From Chrysomallon squamiferum (Eukaryota > Animalia > Mollusca): a stretch of DNA of 64,000 bases. Position 1 is the first letter of the stretch. Each line of letters starts with the position of its first letter. The position numbers and the translations under genes were made by a program. Under the pieces are notes generated by a model. That model was not told where the DNA came from, did no database searches, and was given only the letters and a program-made list of their open reading frames with translations. Below are positions 1-13,215 of this stretch, in pieces. Where the stretch lies: assembly GCA_012295275.1 (NCBI GenBank), contig CM022671.1, forward strand, positions 372,001 to 436,000, read 5' to 3'.

Positions 1-301
1 ATCTGGTGGCGAGATCAAGGTGATTTTGTGGTAGAAATGTGAATCGTTTCTGATGCTCTTTGATATTGTTTTGTTGTTTGTTATGGGAAAATAACTGTCT
101 ATTATCCATACAATGGATAGCAGCTGAATAAAATGGAAGCTTTGACGTCATAGTATTAATTTTCAGAAGACAGCTGGCTCTAAATTACATTACCATACAC
201 CGTATCATCGCATTAAATTCCTATTAACTGAGTGTAGATTTTGTATGTGCGTATAGATTTTATTTTAGACATGTTCATGAGCGCCTTCTAATTATGAGCA
301 G

Positions 302-302
<1 letters not shown>

Positions 303-345
<43 letters not shown>
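303..345. repeat. (CA)n microsatellite
   Basis: Direct read. Confidence 0.95.
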
Positions 346-349
<4 letters not shown>

Positions 350-2265
350 CATACACACGAAACGGATTCTGACAGAATCAAATATCTTAATACATTCAGC
401 TACCTAAATGTAATTGTAAACAATCCTGGGCTTTGTTTAAAAACTGATTATACAAACAAAAAAGTTATTTTTAAGCAAAATTTCCTCTAAACTTGTTTTT
501 CTTTGTCCTTTTTCTCCTCAGAATGCAGTTTATTGGTAAATGATCCATGAAAAGACGTAATGATTACAGTAGCAAGAGTATGTTTTAACTAGCAGACGAC
601 ACAGGAAACAATTTAAATATCTACGTTGGCTGTATTTATTAGCAACAATTGTTTGATGATGGTTTTGGGTTGTTGAGGGGTTTTGGGATTTTTTAGTGTT
701 TTTTGTGGGCTTTTTTATGTTTTTGTTTGTTGTTTTGTTGTTGTTTTTTCTATTTTCGGGTGTTTTTTGTTGGTTTTTAATTATTTATATATATATATAT
801 GTAAGCACACAGGCTCAGTTATTAACCAGATTTTAAATATATGTGTTATTATAAAACTAAACTGCTGTTACTCTTGGCAGAATACGAAAAGAACCATCAT
901 TATATTATGTTTGCTCTTCAAGGTACCTTTGCAGTCTTTTTTTTATTTCTTTCGGTTAGGCTAATGCTGCTTGCTAAGTAAAACTATGATAGATCGAATC
1001 GTTAAACAAACACACCTAAGACTAACTATAATACAAATCTATATTACTGCGTAATGAAACTAATTAAAGAGAAGCTTTTGGTGCATACTATTAAATTTTC
1101 TTGCTAACAGCCAAATTTCGCGAAGTGGCATTAAATAAGTATGTCGTTTGAAGTGAGATAAAATTTCAATTTCGTGTCCTAATGAAAACCAAATTGGAGA
1201 ATCAGAAGACGTCGTTTGCACTTGCCTTTCGATATAGTTACTAATTAAATAATGAAGTGTGCAGACAGCTAAGTGTCTGTACTGCGTTTCCATGACAACG
1301 TTGCATTTGAAAATAATCAAGCATGCACGAACATAAATTGATCTGCTTAAAAAGTAGAATTAGGATATGAATGATGTATGTCGTTTTCTTTGTATATAAT
1401 AACAGTTCATTTTCGTTGCTACTTCATCATCATTATCATCATCATCATTCTCAACATTATTTATTTATTTATTTATTTAATGACTTAGTTATTTAATGGA
1501 TTAGACAAGGATTTTAAAAATATTTTTATTAATACATTTCCTAAATTTTATTTTTGTTTTTCTTCTTCTTGTTGATACTGTCATTATTGTTCCTGTTATT
1601 TATTATTTTGGGGAGGGGTATTTTGTTTTGTTGGTTTTTTGTTGTTTTCTTTGTTGTTATTTTTGTTCTTTGAGATTTTTGGGTGGGTTTGTTTTGTTTT
1701 TCGGGGGGTCTTGTTTTATGGTGGGTTTTTTTTCTTTTCTTAATTTTTTGTTTTTCTTTTGTTTCCTTTTCTTTTCTTAACCACTTATCTGAAGTACAGA
1801 CACTTTATCTTACCATCTCTGAATGTACTGATAAGTTTAGAAATTCTGAATATGAAAATTATTTTATCAATAATAGCATCTGCAGTAAATGTAGCAACAC
1901 CACATTGGCTGCAGAATCCTAACAGTGCCATAACTCTGAAGTGTCAGGCAAGATTCACGATTTAAAAATAAAGTTCAACATCAGCCTGGTAAAAATCTCA
2001 CAATTTCAAAGAAAACAAAATGTAGGCGTCTGCCAGGATCGCCCCCCTCTCTCTGAATATGAAGACGTTGCCAAGGTGTAAGAATATTTACTAAACAAAT
2101 TTTGACTGCTGAAAGATTATTACTGTCGCTGTATTCTTTGCTTTAGATTTTGTTTAGAGTTCATAAGGTAAGCAGTGTTTTCCGTTGTTACTTTAATATT
2201 TAAGTTTTAAGTGAAAAGAAGAAAAGAAAAATAAAAACAGAAAACTATTCAGCCACACTTTAAGG

Positions 2266-2268
<3 letters not shown>

Positions 2269-2347
<79 letters not shown>

Positions 2348-2383
2348 GACCACAAGACACACACACACACACACGCACACACA
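2269..2383. repeat. (GA)n followed by (CA)n microsatellite
   Basis: Direct read. Confidence 0.95.
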
Positions 2384-2572
2384 ACTGTTTGAAATGCTTT
2401 CTTTATAAAAGCGCTAGTAATGCCAGAACCGTTGATTCGAGGCATCACGCCTGATTTATTATTATTTTTATTATTAAAAAAAATGTTTTACCTATTAGAT
2501 CCAGGAACATCAGACTGCGTGCATTAAACAGAAAGCAAATAGTCACAGTAAAATACAACGTAACAAGAATAA

Positions 2573-2578
2573 TTTATT
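2573..2578 (-). promoter_or_regulatory. Candidate AATAAA polyadenylation signal for the K2P transcript
   Basis: Plus-strand TTTATT about 460 nt past the stop; another copy at 2455-2460. The AT-rich context makes chance matches likely. Confidence 0.25.
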
Positions 2579-3039
2579 ACCAGTTAATTGCATTAAGATT
2601 CATCATACTTGTTCTCCATGTAAGTTCCAATAATTTATGTTGTATTATGTGATTTTGTTATAAAAAATGTTCTAATACAATATAAATTTCTTCTTTTTCT
2701 TGACGCCTCTAATGGTATATGTTTAAAAATCAGACAATCCAAGTGTTCTAAAAAGAAATTCACAAAAATAAAAAGTGCATGAACGATTGTTTTGACAAAC
2801 CACAAAAAAAAAAAAAAAAAAAAAAAAAAATTAAAACATTTTTACTGAAATCTGTGATATATCAAAAGACACACTTTAATTTTTTTTAAATAACACCGAT
2901 AATATATATAAAAGGGGAAATATTCAAACTATAAAAAAAAAAAAGAATATAAAACAAACTGAAAGGAAAAAGTAAGAAAATGTGACGGATGAAAGACTGT
3001 ACACGGAAACACGTACTGTCACCACAGTATTTCGTTCAC

Positions 3040-3648
3040 TCACACTGACGATTGAGGTTTATCGATAATTCCGATTTTTGTACCCAGCCATCTACACTTC
3101 GCCTTCACGTCCTCTTGGACGAGGTTGAAACACATGGCTATAAGAGAAAGACCAAACACAAGGTACAAGGCACACAACACAAGTTTTTCTTCCTGTGCCC
3201 AAGCATTCAAATCGGTGCCCGGCACTATATCTCCAAAACCTATAGTACTCAGAGGTAATAAAACAGAAATATGAACCAGTCAGATAATCCCATTTTTCCC
3301 ACAACGAAAACAACATGGCGCCGGCGAAGATGTATGCGGCGATTAAAAGCAAACACAACGACGTCGGCACCCGAATTACTTCTTTAGGTTTGTCGGCTTC
3401 TTCCTCTTCCGACGTCAACACCTGACCACCGAGTCCTTTCTCGATGTCAGGAATACGACGTCTACGACTGGGACCAAACAGTTTACAGCATACACCACAA
3501 CATACCTTTCCATAAAGTAACCGAAAGCCCGTTGCCATGACATCACCTATATTAGTTAAGCACAAGAGCGTCAATGGAATTCCGAGAACTGCGTAGGCTA
3601 TGGTTACAATCCTCCCTTGGTCCGTCTTTGGGGCCACGTGTCCGTAAC
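3040..3648 (-). CDS. K2P potassium channel, coding exon 2 (rest of P1, M2, M3, P2, M4, short C-tail); contains an apparent +1 frameshift at about 3253-3255
   Basis: Acceptor is a T-rich tract then ATCGCAG|GT TAC GGA CAC (AG at 3650-3649); splicing to exon 1 gives [34 protein letters not shown]. Then M3 ([25 protein letters not shown]) and [13 protein letters not shown]; after skipping 1 nt, [13 protein letters not shown]4 ([24 protein letters not shown]) and TGA at 3042-3040. Joined, corrected CDS is 4098 nt = 1365 aa plus stop. Confidence 0.92.
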
Positions 3649-5169
3649 CTGCGATAAAAAAAAAAAAAACAATTAAATTATATGACTGAGATTACAGCAA
3701 ATATTAGTGTTCAGTAAACAGAGAAAATCAACTTCAGAATTCAAGCTAAATGATATGTTTGAAAAAATAATTGTACTGAAGAAGATCTTTAAAGAATATT
3801 CTGGTTAAAGTAGGCCTGTATCGGAAAAAATAAATTAAAAAAATAATAGGCCAAACGTGTCGCCTACTTCACTGGTCACAAAATACAGTATCAGTTTGTT
3901 TATGATGATGGTGATAATAATGCTGTCACGTTGCTTTTATTTAAAATATAATGTTAGTAAATGATATTTGGTTGCAACTGCACAGAAATATTGATTACTG
4001 TAGGTCACATTTACACATTATTAAAACTACAGTGACATTAACTGCTTTCCAATAGCATGGTCTGCATATTTTCCAAGTCTTTACTCGCTAATTCTAGACA
4101 CTTTCATTACATATTCAAACACATGTCTGTTTGTTTGTTGTTGTTAGGTGTTTTTTGTTGTTATTTTTTTTTTTTTTTTTGTGGTTGTTGTTTTGTTTGT
4201 TGTTGTTTTTTTTTTTTTTTTTTTTTGTGTTTTTTTTTATTTGATGTTGTTTTTTGTTGGGTTTTTTTTTTTTTTTTTTTCTGTATTAATTTAGATTCAG
4301 CTTGTAACCAGTCTTCATTCTTTAATCCAAGATATTGTAAAAAAAAAAAAAAATTAAGATATTCTCGTCTGAGACAAAAAAATAAAACTGTATATCTGCA
4401 TTCATTTTCTCCCAAACAGTAACTTCTGTGATTATTAAATTTTACGGTATGTAAGTGGAATTTCGATTATAGCTAGATAAAAGCCATAAAGTTTCAGTCA
4501 GTCAAGTCAACATTTTTAATCGTGCTTACATCCACTGAAGTTTCACTCACATCTATCTTGGGCAGACAACGCAGGTGTCTGTTTTGTCTGAACGTGTTAG
4601 TGTGAATGTCAGCAGGGAAACAAGGTTTAGTGGAGTATCGACATCTAGCATATTCCTGTAACTGCCGGTTCTGAGATTCGAGCCACATATCTACCATCCA
4701 AATGGCAGATGGGAAAGCAACTTTGCTGACGAGGCTAGAGATTCGAGTTTAAATCACAACGTGCTTTATTTTATTACCAATACACGTGTTACACAACACA
4801 AAACGTTTGTTGAAGCGTTTTATGCAGTTTAACACATTAAAGACGTCTGTTAAAGCTAGTATCAGTAAAATCTGCATTGTTTAACAGTGTTTGGATCAGT
4901 GAACAGTTATGTGAAAACAGCGTTAAAAATTACCTTGCCTAGTTTAGCTAGCTCATTATCCCGTGAAAGAAAGATTAAAGCCTTCATACTTAATTTAATT
5001 CATAAATAACCCTGTTAAAGAGAAACTGAAACCAGAATAACGACCGAAGTCTGTGTCTAATTTAATTTATTAATCATTCCAGGAAAGATGTAGCATTAAA
5101 ATTATGATATGAAAAGTAATTAAATCACAGGTGTTGTTAGATTGTCAGGCAAGTCATGTGTTAAAAGTT

Positions 5170-5940
5170 ATAAATCAAAATCAAGATTTTGTCGAGTCAG
5201 ACATTATGTCATAAGTGCAAACATTAATTAATATGACGTAATATTGAATTAAGTATGCATTATATTTATAAAGTCATATCAAATATTATGCTGTAAATTC
5301 CATAATTTTATCGTAAATACAAATCAAGTATATTTCTTAAATTCAAGTCAAATATTATCGTAAATTGAAGTCAAGTATTATATAGTAAATTTCAGTCCAA
5401 TATTATATCATGAATTTTCGTACAGTATAATATAGTGTTGCCTCGTTAGCTGAACTCAAATATGATAAATTCAAGTCAACTTTTCGATCGTTTAATAAAA
5501 TCAGATATTATACTGTAAAATCATGTCAAGTAATTATCGAAAGTATTACGTCATAAAATAAAGACGTAAATTTCATAAATTCTAGACAAATATTATATTA
5601 TAAACTGAAGCCAAATATTAGGTTGTAAAATGAAAACAAATATTAGGTACAGTGTTGTAAATTCCTGTCACGCATTGTAACGTAAAAAAAAGCCAAGTCT
5701 CATGTCGTAAATTGAAGTCAAGCATAATGTGTAATATTATGTTGTACATTAATGTCAAATATTGCATCATAAATTGTGTCAAGAATTTTGTTGTAAAATA
5801 AAGAACTGTGTGGTAATTTTAAGACGAATATTATACTACAAATAAAAATCAAGGGTTATTTTGTAAATTCAAGACATGTATTATGTCCTATTCCAATTTC
5901 TATTACTTATAAAACCACTATTATAACTTAAGTCTAAGTA
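5170..5940. repeat. Degenerate AT-rich minisatellite, about 23-26-bp units resembling AAATTCAAGTCAAATATTATxGT
   Basis: Recurrent aaatt(c/g)aagtcaa...atattat...gtaaat variants throughout the interval. Confidence 0.7.
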
Positions 5941-6803
5941 AAAAAGTCGTCATTAAGTTGAAGAATCGTATTACAACTCACATGATCCTCAGTACAAAAT
6001 ATAGGTAGTTGCCTAAAGTGTCTGAGATGCATCACTGAGGAATTTTTACTAATTTTTACGCTGACATCTTGTGATTAAAGTATGTTTACTTTGTAGTAAA
6101 CAAATTAGACGGCCATTATGAATATGGACCCAGAAGTCCAATAGAGAAATTGCCTGATGAGCCAGACAGCTGGAGAAACTAAGAACTACAAGTAAGTGCA
6201 GGGAAACTACAAATTGCTCTTTAGTAAGCACGTGAAATGTATTTTCTCTCAAAAAAACCAACACAAACAAACAAAAAAAACAAGCAAAAAAAAATATATT
6301 TTTTAAACATCGTAACTAACAGTTTGGAAAGGTATCAGAATAATGTCATTAAAATCATATATTGTACATTTTTTAATAATGATTAATGACAGACTGTAAT
6401 GTAAGAATGATGATGATGATGACTGCATAACGGTTCTGACAGCGATGATTGCGATGATGACGGTTATGGGATTACAGTGACCACAATTTCAGTGATGCTG
6501 ATGATGTTCTGTTGCTTAAACGTTTTCCTGAATAGATAATTTAATATCGCTGTTCACGGAATCAGGTGATACGGACGCTGTATATCGCTGTAAGTTTAAT
6601 ACATCAAAAACAGTGAACGTTTCGAACGTTGATATTAATTACAATATAGTTTTAGTTTCATTTCTTATTATTTTAAGCCTTCTAATTAAGTTGTATTATT
6701 CTACGTTTTAATCACTACATCAGAATGAAATGCGTCTCACTTTGTGTTCGGGAAGGTGCACGTATATATTTATTTTCCTGTTAACTGTAAACAGTTGTAC
6801 ATG

Positions 6804-6826
6804 ACACACACACACACACACACACA

Positions 6827-6908
<82 letters not shown>
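6804..6908. repeat. (CA)n-(CT)n compound microsatellite
   Basis: Direct read. Confidence 0.95.
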
Positions 6909-6912
<4 letters not shown>

Positions 6913-7771
6913 AAATATAACATACAAACAACTTTTTGAATTATATTTATTCCAGTATCATTTAATTTTGACTGATAACCAAAGCGTTGATGCGGTTTCC
7001 TGTCCACATCAGAGGAGCCGCGGTTAAGCTATAGGACTAACGAATCTTAGCATCTCGATCCCAGATCCCTTCAGATATTTGTTAAGCCCATTTTTTACCA
7101 CAATACTCTCTAAAACACGTACTTCGCCCTGGACATGCATGAACCTTTACAGGACGTTTCGAAACGGTTGACTGACTCATCTCCTGATTTTAATTACGAA
7201 GACACGGAGCATTAAATCTCAAAACATGCCATAAACAATTTTGTTTTGAAACAGTAGCCAAAGACATCTTTTTATTTGTTTTTCTTACAAATTACTGCCT
7301 CTGATCTGGTTAAACATAAATTACTTACATAAACAGATTTTTTTGTTGTGGTTGTTTTGTTTCTCTTGTACCTTACATTTTGTACGTGTCATTTTATAAA
7401 GTGTTGTTTGCGACACTGTTAACTCTGCATATAGCAACATGGCGCACTGCCAATCCGTATTTCAAACCGTCCATGAAAAAGTATGCTGATTGCGCATGCC
7501 TCCACCGGCACGCACGGAATATTGGTAAGTGCGGAAATAATAGCAAGCAGCTGCAAAGGATGAAAACACAGCCCACACGGCGAAGGTGTAAATTCCAGTG
7601 TGTCAAGTGAAATTGTTTTAAACCACAAAAAGAGTCGTGTTTTAGTGCATATTTCATTAACAACTCTTTTCAACACTGACACATTTGTGACAAGAATTAT
7701 TATTAAAACAGTTTTATACGTCATACTGTTATCCTGTCATTATAATTAATAAATTTGTAACACTTTATTAA

Positions 7772-7772
<1 letters not shown>

Positions 7773-7829
<57 letters not shown>

Positions 7830-7953
7830 GTTACTAAATTTTATTTATACATAATTTTAAATTATTTTGTTTGTTCATATTATGTTTTTTTTAAATGTAT
7901 CATGTTTTTCTCTTTTTTTTTGATTTTTTTATTGCATTATTCCGGTATGTCTT

Positions 7954-7998
<45 letters not shown>
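7773..7998. repeat. (TTA)n and (TA)n microsatellites
   Basis: (TTA)n at about 7773-7827; (TA)n at about 7959-7998. Confidence 0.9.
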
Positions 7999-8002
<4 letters not shown>

Positions 8003-9305
8003 GCCTCATGCCACATAACAAGAAATAATTTACTACTTTCAGTTCTCGAAAGAATGATGAAAAAATAAAATTGCGATTCTTGTTTTTGCAGAGAAAAAAA
8101 GACGATTAAATGGAAATACAGATAAAATAAATGTTTAAAAAATAATAACGATAAAATAAAACAATAAAACTCCCACTAAAACAATTATTGCTTAAGTTAC
8201 AAGGATGAAAATAACACGAACAAGCACAAAAGAAGAAAAAAAGAAACAAACCAACAATAGGAATTTCGCCTAATAAATTGTTATAGTCGGCCATATTTAT
8301 CTGTCAGGTTTGCGTACGTAACGAAATTCCTTTATTGCGGTGCGTTACTCGGTTTCCCTTCCGTTCTGTTATTTTTGCTAAAGTAGCAATTATACCGATT
8401 ATTGAAACTAACTCGCCAACGAATGGGAGAGATTATCTCGACGAAAAACAGTACATCTCATGTATCAATAGGTGCCACGATAGATTTCTCGTAATTTGTT
8501 CCTCATGGAAGTGTTGTATTTCTAGTTCTTCCACCGGAAGGGCATAACGTGCGCGATGTAAAAACAGCACGTGCTGTCAGGAGCGAACGAGTGCACACAC
8601 ACTGAATTAGTCGCTGTCAGTTTATTCAGAAGATGTCGCCAATTAAAGGGGTGAAGCTGCATTTGTTCTGAAGATTATCAGTTAAAGGGCAAAAGTTTGC
8701 ATTTCGACGTAAAAGAAATTTAGATAAAAATGAAAATAACTAGAAAAATGAAAGGGAAATTTATATACGATTGAATTATAAGATATTTATTTAAAGCTGA
8801 TAAAAAAACAACAAAAAAACAAAACGATAATTTGAAAAGAAAGAAAGAAAAAGAAAATCATAAATGTGTTATAAAATAATTTTCTTCACTGACATTTTTT
8901 TTTCTTTTCTTTTCTTTTCTTATCGAATTTAAAGAATTTAAATAGTAAACAGTAGCACATTTTCCAAAAGAAAATCAGAGTTCAAAAGAAAAATAACTTC
9001 TTTATCACACACACACACCCACAAACACACAGGCATCCACACAGATATGTATCACCAAATTAATATACAAGACACGTTTATTTATTTCTCGCGTTATGTG
9101 GTGTCAGTATTTTTTGTATACCATATGAAGATGATTAAGTAAGTAATACACGTGGTTTTATCAGAAATTCTGCTCGAAGTTCGCTGTTGGGTTCATTATT
9201 GTCACGAAACTCTATAAACACGTCTGGCGGAATCATTCTGCCTAATTAGTGATTCTGTCAGTCTGTGAAGAGTTTTTCTTTTGCCAAATTTATTTTCGTA
9301 TGTCA

Positions 9306-9339
<34 letters not shown>

Positions 9340-9540
9340 CTTTCCTTTTATTTATTTTCTTCTTTTCTTTTCTTTTCTTTTCCTTTTTCTTTCTTTTTAA
9401 TATATTATTTCACATCTGTTGTACGCCATAAAGCCGCCATTTAGTACTAAACAGCAACAAAGCAGACAACGCACACGCGACACGTGATCACGGGTGATAC
9501 GTGATCACGGGTGACAGTTCGACACGTTTGGCGACGCGCC

Positions 9541-9969
9541 AGGTAAATTGACTATTATTCTTCAGTGTAAATTATTTTACTGTGGGTAAATTGACTATTA
9601 TTCTTTAGTGTAAATTATTTTACTGTGGGTAAATTGACTATTATTCTTCAGTGTAAATTATTTTACTGTAGGTAAATTGACTATTATTCTTTAGTGTATT
9701 GTAGGTAAATTGACTATTATTCTTCAGTGTAAATTATTTTACTGTAGGTAAATTGACTATTATTCTTTAGTGTAAATTATTTTACTGTGGGTAAAATGAC
9801 TATTATTCTTCAGTGTAAATTATTTTACTGTGGGTAAAATGACTATTATTCTTTAGTGTAAATTATTTTACTGTGGGTAAAATGACTATTATTCTTTAGT
9901 GTAAATTATTTTACTGTAGGTAAAATGACTTTTAATCTTAAGTGTAAATTATTTTACTGTAGGTAAATT
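9541..9969. repeat. 43-bp minisatellite, about 10 copies (GGTAAATTGACTATTATTCTTYAGTGTAAATTATTTTACTGTR)
   Basis: Period 43 measured from 9542 to 9585; near-identical copies, one internally deleted near 9695. Confidence 0.95.
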
Positions 9970-11319
9970 CATTTCCGTGTATTATAAAAATAATTCGATT
10001 AGTCCAAAGTTTATAGACTTGAGATAATTAACTCTTAGATCTTTTCTTCTTCTTCTCTTTTTACGACGTCAACAAGTCTTCCTCAACGTTCTGACGACAC
10101 AACGATTAACAGCCTCCCAGCGCGAGCAGACTCGAGTGAAAGCAGATGTTTTTTTACTACCTGCTTAATCTGCTGTCACTAATAGTTATTTTTCTCCTAG
10201 ACGCAGCGCCGAGGAATGCCGAAGCGATGTCTTATCAAAGTGGTTAAAAAATACACGAGTTAACTGTGTCTCTGAAAGAACTAGCTGTCAAACGACGAGA
10301 ATACGAGAATGTTCTCTTTAAGCAGTACATTCATTTGATTAATCTCTGCTTGTTCGCTGTCTGACGTGTGCTAATTGTGACGTATACTCTTAAGCGAGAG
10401 AGAGAGAAGAAGAAGAAGAAGCAGAAGAAAGAAAGAAAGAAAAAAAGAAAGAAAAGAAGAAGAAGAATCCCATACATAAAAAATATATCGCCTTTTCCTT
10501 TTTGATATAAAAGTTTCCATTTCTTTGAAAAAAATTAGTGGAGGTATTTTGATAAATCTTTTTTAACTGTTGCCAAATGTCTGTTGCAAATCTTAGAAAA
10601 TAGTGATTTAAAACGTTGGTAATTGTAAAGCTTTGAAGATGAAGAAAATTTGTGTTGATTATCTTTTATTACATTTCCTGATAAGACGGTTAGCTTTGTA
10701 AATTTATCTAATTCCGTTTAAAAATATATTTTTTATTCAAGATGCCATGTAATGATAAATTTCAAAGGATTAGCTCCATTAATCTTTATGTGTTTCGTTT
10801 TGTTCATTTCTGTCCGCTGCCTTTCTGTCTCGCTCTCAATCACAGAAATAATTTTTGTTTCATCTTTTTCATTCACGTCTCTGTATCTCGCATCCCACTC
10901 CCGAAGATTTCAATCTGTACCCTTTCTCAGCAATGCTTAAGTATGATCAGTGTTCTTCCAGTACCGAAGTAACACGTTAGATTTGCTAGGATCTATTTTG
11001 TTTATTGTCTTTATCATGATCTAGCTAAATATTTCGGCCTGCGTTCTCGCTTGGTTTGAAACCTGTTCAGTTCTCTTGCTAAGCGGGTGAGAGAAGCTGA
11101 GTTTGTTGTTTTATAACACTGCAGTAAGCTAAGTATGATAAATTACTCAAACATTTCATTCCAGAATAAACGCGTTCAATGACCTTGATTGAAGATGGTC
11201 TGACATCGGCTTTTATTCTTTATCTCCTTTCCTATTCATTAGTGTGTAGATTTACGTGAATATGCATGCATAAATGTACCACACACATACACATAAACAT
11301 GGCATGGTATGATTTAACT

Positions 11320-11700
11320 TGGCATGGGACGATATGGTACGGTATATAATATAGTGGAATATATTTTAGCATAATATGTAATAGCATAGTATATATAGTA
11401 CAGTGGACTGTCGTTTGTATAGTGTAGTTTATTGTAGTGTAGTATAGTCTAGTGTAATATAGCATACTATAGTATAGTTCAGTGCAGTATAGTATAGTAC
11501 AGTATAGTATAGCATAGTGTAGAAGAGGATGGGATGCCACTGCACAGTAAAGTGCAGTACAGTACAGTATACTATTGTATAGTGTAGAATAGCATAAGAA
11601 CAGGAGACTACTTATAAGGATAAAATGATACAGTACTTTATAATATGGTATAGCACAGTCTAGAAATAAGAAAGGATGGGATAGCATTGCTTAGTACAGT
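11320..11700. repeat. Degenerate (TAGTA/CAGTA)n pentanucleotide low-complexity tract
   Basis: Direct read; explains the Tyr/Cys/Ile-rich ORF 11232-11687. Confidence 0.75.
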
Positions 11701-13118
11701 AGAGTTTAATTTATTGCTTTAAATCTTTCATCTCATAAGCATTCATGTGACCTAAAGTTAAAACAAATGGTACATAAACAGGCCGTTAAATGCAAAAATT
11801 AAATTGAGTATTATCAAAATTACTTCTGACAACTAAAACGTCGATACCAATGTATTATAAAAATTCATTTCAAAATAATTATCTCCAAAACTTAAAGAAT
11901 ACATTAATATTTTGTGTTGGTTTATTTAAACATTAAGAATATTTCTTCTTCATAAATCGTTGGTTTTGTTTTAATGACATCACTGATCAGTTACTATTAA
12001 CAGTGTCTGTTGTTGTTTTGGAAGAATTGCAATACACAGACAGGAAGGCTCATACCACGTCATCCACAGGAGTCTGGCAGGAACTGGAAATACAAGTGGA
12101 CCGAGGTTGTACAATGTGATGAGTGAGTCTGTAACCACTAAAACTTCTGCCTCAAATAAATAAATAAAAATAACATGGAAAATAAACATACCGAAGAAAG
12201 CACAGGCAGAACTAAACAACTAAAAACCAAAATATATTACCAGGAATAAGAAAAGTGAACTCTGTTTTCGTGGACTAACGTAAGAATGCGAGAGCTGTCT
12301 GCTATGTCGAGTTTTTGGTCTTTAGCCTCATTTGATGTGGCTGTAATGTAAATTTCTGGCTCTGGTTTCCTGCTTTGGCTCTGAGCTGTCCCATTCCATA
12401 GCTGTTAGTAACAAATAAACTCGTTGTTTTCTTCTTATGATGCCAATGTTTCGACAAATGATAACTGATGAAAATATATGCAGTGACCTTCGCTAGCCAC
12501 ATCTTTCAGCAACTGCTGTAAAAAGTATGATTCAGATCTCGGTTATTCGGAATATTTTTTTCAAGAAATTCTTCATGCTGATTGTATCTTTGAAGTAGAA
12601 ATTATCGATCTTTGAATCTTACAAAGGATGTAAAATTATGCCTTTTGCAGAAGGGTAAGGTATTTTGAAAAAAAGATGAGACGAAAAAAACCAACACGTA
12701 ATATATACAAGAATATAGTGCTATTTTAAAACTGCATTAGCGTGTATACCTACTGGTGTATAAAATACTATTTACATGTTTGACCACTTCCATTAATGAG
12801 ATCATGGCACGAAACAAAAAACGACGAATAACAGAATGAAAATTTCAGCTTCTGCAAAAACTGATTATCATGACTTTTTCAACACATCAGCAACTGCACA
12901 TTCTAGATCCAGACGTCATACTGACGCATCACGGGTAATGGTGTAGATCATCAATCAAGTACAATAGTTTTGGCGTGAAGTGAACAAAGAATTTTGTTTA
13001 TTATCAAATGTTGGTATAGATAGTCATTGTTGTCGTTATCATTATCATCATTTTCCACGAAAACACGTTCTTGAATCAATACAGGATTTATTTATTTATT
13101 TATTTATATTATTATTAT

Positions 13119-13214
<96 letters not shown>

Positions 13215-13215
13215 T
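13119..13215. repeat. (TAG)n microsatellite
   Basis: Direct read. Confidence 0.95.

Noticed and set aside
3245-3262. Programmed +1 ribosomal frameshift or micro-intron at the indel
   Set aside because: No in-frame stop or antizyme-type UCC-UGA or Ty-type CUU-AGG signal, and no room for an intron because conserved residues are continuous on both sides.
3092-3637. Stand-alone 181-aa ORF and the separate 61-aa ORF at 3040-3225
   Set aside because: Both begin at GTG codons and are the two halves of one spliced exon split by a 1-nt indel, not independent genes.
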